A stretch of 64,000 bases of DNA from Octopus vulgaris (lineage: Eukaryota). Shown piece after piece: positions 60,725 through 64,000 of the stretch (its first letter is position 1; each line of letters begins with the position of its first letter). The notes beneath the pieces are model-generated. The model did not search any database. It saw only the letters and a list, made by a program, of their open reading frames with translations, and was not told the origin of the DNA. The stretch covers positions 20,460,001-20,524,000 of the forward strand of contig OX597830.1 of the NCBI GenBank assembly GCA_951406725.2. Direction: 5' to 3'. The position numbers and the translations under genes are program-made.

Positions 60725-60875
60725 GTTTGTCTCACTGTCCCAGCGAACAAAATGGAAAAGGTGTTACCCCGTAGTATGGGAGATGCACTGGAACAGTCAT
60801 TCTGACTCACAGAGTACGGACTTCCGGATAGCCATCTTCGTCCCGATAGCAGCGAACAGGGATGTGACCATCTGT
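60725..60875 (-). mobile_element. CRE-like LINE C-terminal fragment
   Basis: LFQCIS...LRGNTFSILFAGT; similar to 62545-62610. Confidence 0.55.
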
Positions 60876-60911
60876 TTTAAATTATATATTGTGTAGAGTT
60901 GTGACGTCCAG

Positions 60912-60953
<42 letters not shown>

Positions 60954-61274
60954 AAGAGAGAGAGATGACAACAAGAAGAATCTTCATCAGTCTTTGACTG
61001 GTACTTTATTTATCGACCCCAACAGCGCTGGAATGATTACCACCAACTAATAAAATATGTGTACAGGTGGTAGAACTCCTGCAGCTCTGCCAAATCAACA
61101 GTTGAATAAATAAGGTTTGTATTTCTTTATAAGATTTGTGAAAAATGCTTGCTATGTCGGAAATGTGGGATTGCCAAGGAAGATTACACTATGTAACAAC
61201 TGTTTTCTTTTTCACTTTGGTCAGTAAGAGTTACATCCTATTTGCTTCTATCTAGAAATCAAAGGAAATGACTA

Positions 61275-61580
61275 CTATTCCCTTCAAACTTTGCTTTTGT
61301 GATTTGGACATCAATGTTTTGAAACTGACCTATTTATCATTACATTTCTGAGATTCTGCACTGAGTTGCTGATGCAGAAATACCATTATAGCAAATATTC
61401 TGCCCAAGATCACAGATTTGCTTGTCAGTTGCTTGACCATGTCCACTTGAGCATATCCCTTAGTGGTTGAGAATATGTGCATTTCTGATCATGAGCAGTG
61501 AGGGGTCATCATAACCATGTTGAGAGGGATTCTTTGGGGTTTTAATAAATGTTACAAAAGCCAAGTTTGAAAGAAATATT
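61275..61580. repeat. MITE-like repeat with imperfect inverted ends
   Basis: cttcaaactttgcttttgtga / ttacaaaagccaagtttgaaag. Confidence 0.45.
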
Positions 61581-61742
61581 TGCCAGTTTTCCTACTTTCT
61601 AGGGGTAAGCAAATAGGAAACAACATTTGCTACCCAGGGACAAAAATCACGTGGTACAGTGATATCGATGATGATGAGGGCTTGCATTAATAGCATGCTT
61701 ATGATTAAATGGAACTTCTGGCATCGTTGCTGAATAATGATT

Positions 61743-62397
<655 letters not shown>

Positions 62398-62529
62398 GAG
62401 TGATTTTTACAATATTCCAAAAAGTTTATCATGGAATCGTCATGGCTGTGCTGTTTAAAGGAAAATAAACACATTCATAGTTTTACCTGGGGCAACTTTA
62501 CATTAACGAGTGGAACGTACAATTTCTTG

Positions 62530-62840
62530 AGGGTTCAAACCGCCTCATGGTCCCAGCCGATAAAATGGAAAGGGCATTGCTCTGGAGGATGGTGAGGGAG
62601 ATGTGCTGGAACAGTCACTCTAACTCACGAATCTCGCGCTTGTGGGTAGCCAAAAGGCTGAAATGTCACAGACTCGACCACAAACCTGTTAGAGAGCAAC
62701 CGATATATTGACAGTTTGCTTTTCACAGCGGAACCCGGACTTGTAGCTAAACACACAAAGTTGCCGCTAGAGAATATTTCACAGCATGTGGCATCCCAGA
62801 TTAGGGGTCTACCGCCACGGAACGGAAAAATTGTCATCGA
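62530..62840 (-). mobile_element. CRE-clade LINE restriction-like endonuclease fragment
   Basis: MTIFPFRGGRPLIWDATC...K..IY..L followed by LFQHISLTILQSNALSIL. Confidence 0.75.
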
Positions 62841-62870
62841 GGTGTATTGGGATCATAAATAAAAAATTAA

Positions 62871-63049
62871 TGGCTGAGTGGTAAGTAGCTTGTTTACCAA
62901 CCACATGGTTCCAGGTTCAGTCCCACTGCGTGGCACCTTGGGCAAGTGTCTTCTACTATAGCCTCGGGCAAACCAAAGCCTCGTGATTGGATTTGGTAGA
63001 CGGAAACTGAAAGAAGCCCGTCGTATATATATATATATATACATGTGTG

Positions 63050-63087
<38 letters not shown>

Positions 63088-63296
63088 TGTGTCTCTGTTT
63101 GTCCCCCCAACATCGCTTGACAACCGATGCTGGTGTGTTTACGTCCCCGTCACCTAGCGGTTCGGCAAGAGAGACCGATGGAATAAGTACTAGGCTTACA
63201 AAGAATAAGTCCTGGTGGTCGATTTGCTCAACTAAAGGCGGTGCTCCAGCATGGTCGTAGGCAAATAACTGAAACAAAAAAAGGAATAAAAGAATA
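62871..63296 (+). mobile_element. SINE family A, near full length
   Basis: tRNA-like head, CORE-like gtggcaccttgggcaagtg block, internal (TA)(TG) microsatellite, tail ...ggcggtgctccagcatgg. Confidence 0.9.
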
Positions 63297-63641
63297 TTGA
63301 AATTCTGAACTGACTAAGTTTGGTGGACAGGGATAAAATTTAGTTCTCACGGAACAGTGTTCATTAGTTCACGGATTAATTTGTACTTGTCAGCGAATTT
63401 GTACAGTAGAGTGTACGTGAGCTTGTGTGTGTGTGTGCATGCTTTTCACCATGTGTGTATGTGTGGATATTTGTTAATGCTGTTTTGTGTGTGAATGTGT
63501 GTAAATGACCGTGTGAGTGGGTGCATGTGTTAGCGGATGTGCCTACGAGTGTATTTATGTGTACGTGTGTTTAAGTGTAGGTCAATGGATGCGAGTGATT
63601 CTGTGTGAGCGACTCTGGTGACTCTGTGCGCATGTGTGTAG

Positions 63642-63730
<89 letters not shown>

Positions 63731-64000
63731 CGTGTGTGTGTGTGTGTGTGTGTATTCGAGCATGTGTTAAAGTGCGAATTGACATTATCTGTATGTGCGT
63801 TTCTGCGTATACGCATGTGCGTAAGTGCTCGACTGCATGTGTATACGTCCGACTGTGTGTGTTAACGGGCGTCAGTGCATGTGTTAGTATATGTGTGTGT
63901 GTGTTGTGTATATGATGTATGTGTGTGTGTGAGAGAGAGAGAGATAAAGAAAGAGAGAAAGAGAGAAAGAAAGAAAGTGAGGTGAATGAGACCAAGCGCT

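Overview
Eukaryotic, AT-rich window saturated with microsatellites. No intact recognisable host protein-coding gene is present, and almost all ORFs in the supplied track are translations of simple repeats. The tRNA-headed SINE families and repeat style match my recollection of octopus (coleoid cephalopod) genomes; this is inference, not a database result. The window is a mosaic of decayed mobile elements: CR1-, Tx1-, R4/Dong- and CRE-like LINE pieces, a probable RTE 5' UTR, a Penelope-like element (RT + GIY-YIG), mariner and maT (DD37D) transposons, hAT MITEs, non-autonomous Helitrons, at least four tRNA-SINE families and a 5S rRNA fragment. The most notable hidden signal is about 14 minimal type I hammerhead ribozyme (HHR) motifs (stem I-CUGANGA-stem II-GAAA-palindromic stem III-UH-stem I). 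They are intact or slightly mutated, belong to several sequence families, and mostly sit near microsatellites. One family has the layout tRNA-like Pol III head + (AAT)n + HHR tail and occurs as head-to-head inverted pairs, making it a candidate ribozyme-SINE/retrozyme. A few unique-sequence islands may be exons or regulatory elements of a minus-strand host gene, but that is low confidence. Coordinates were counted by hand and element edges are approximate.
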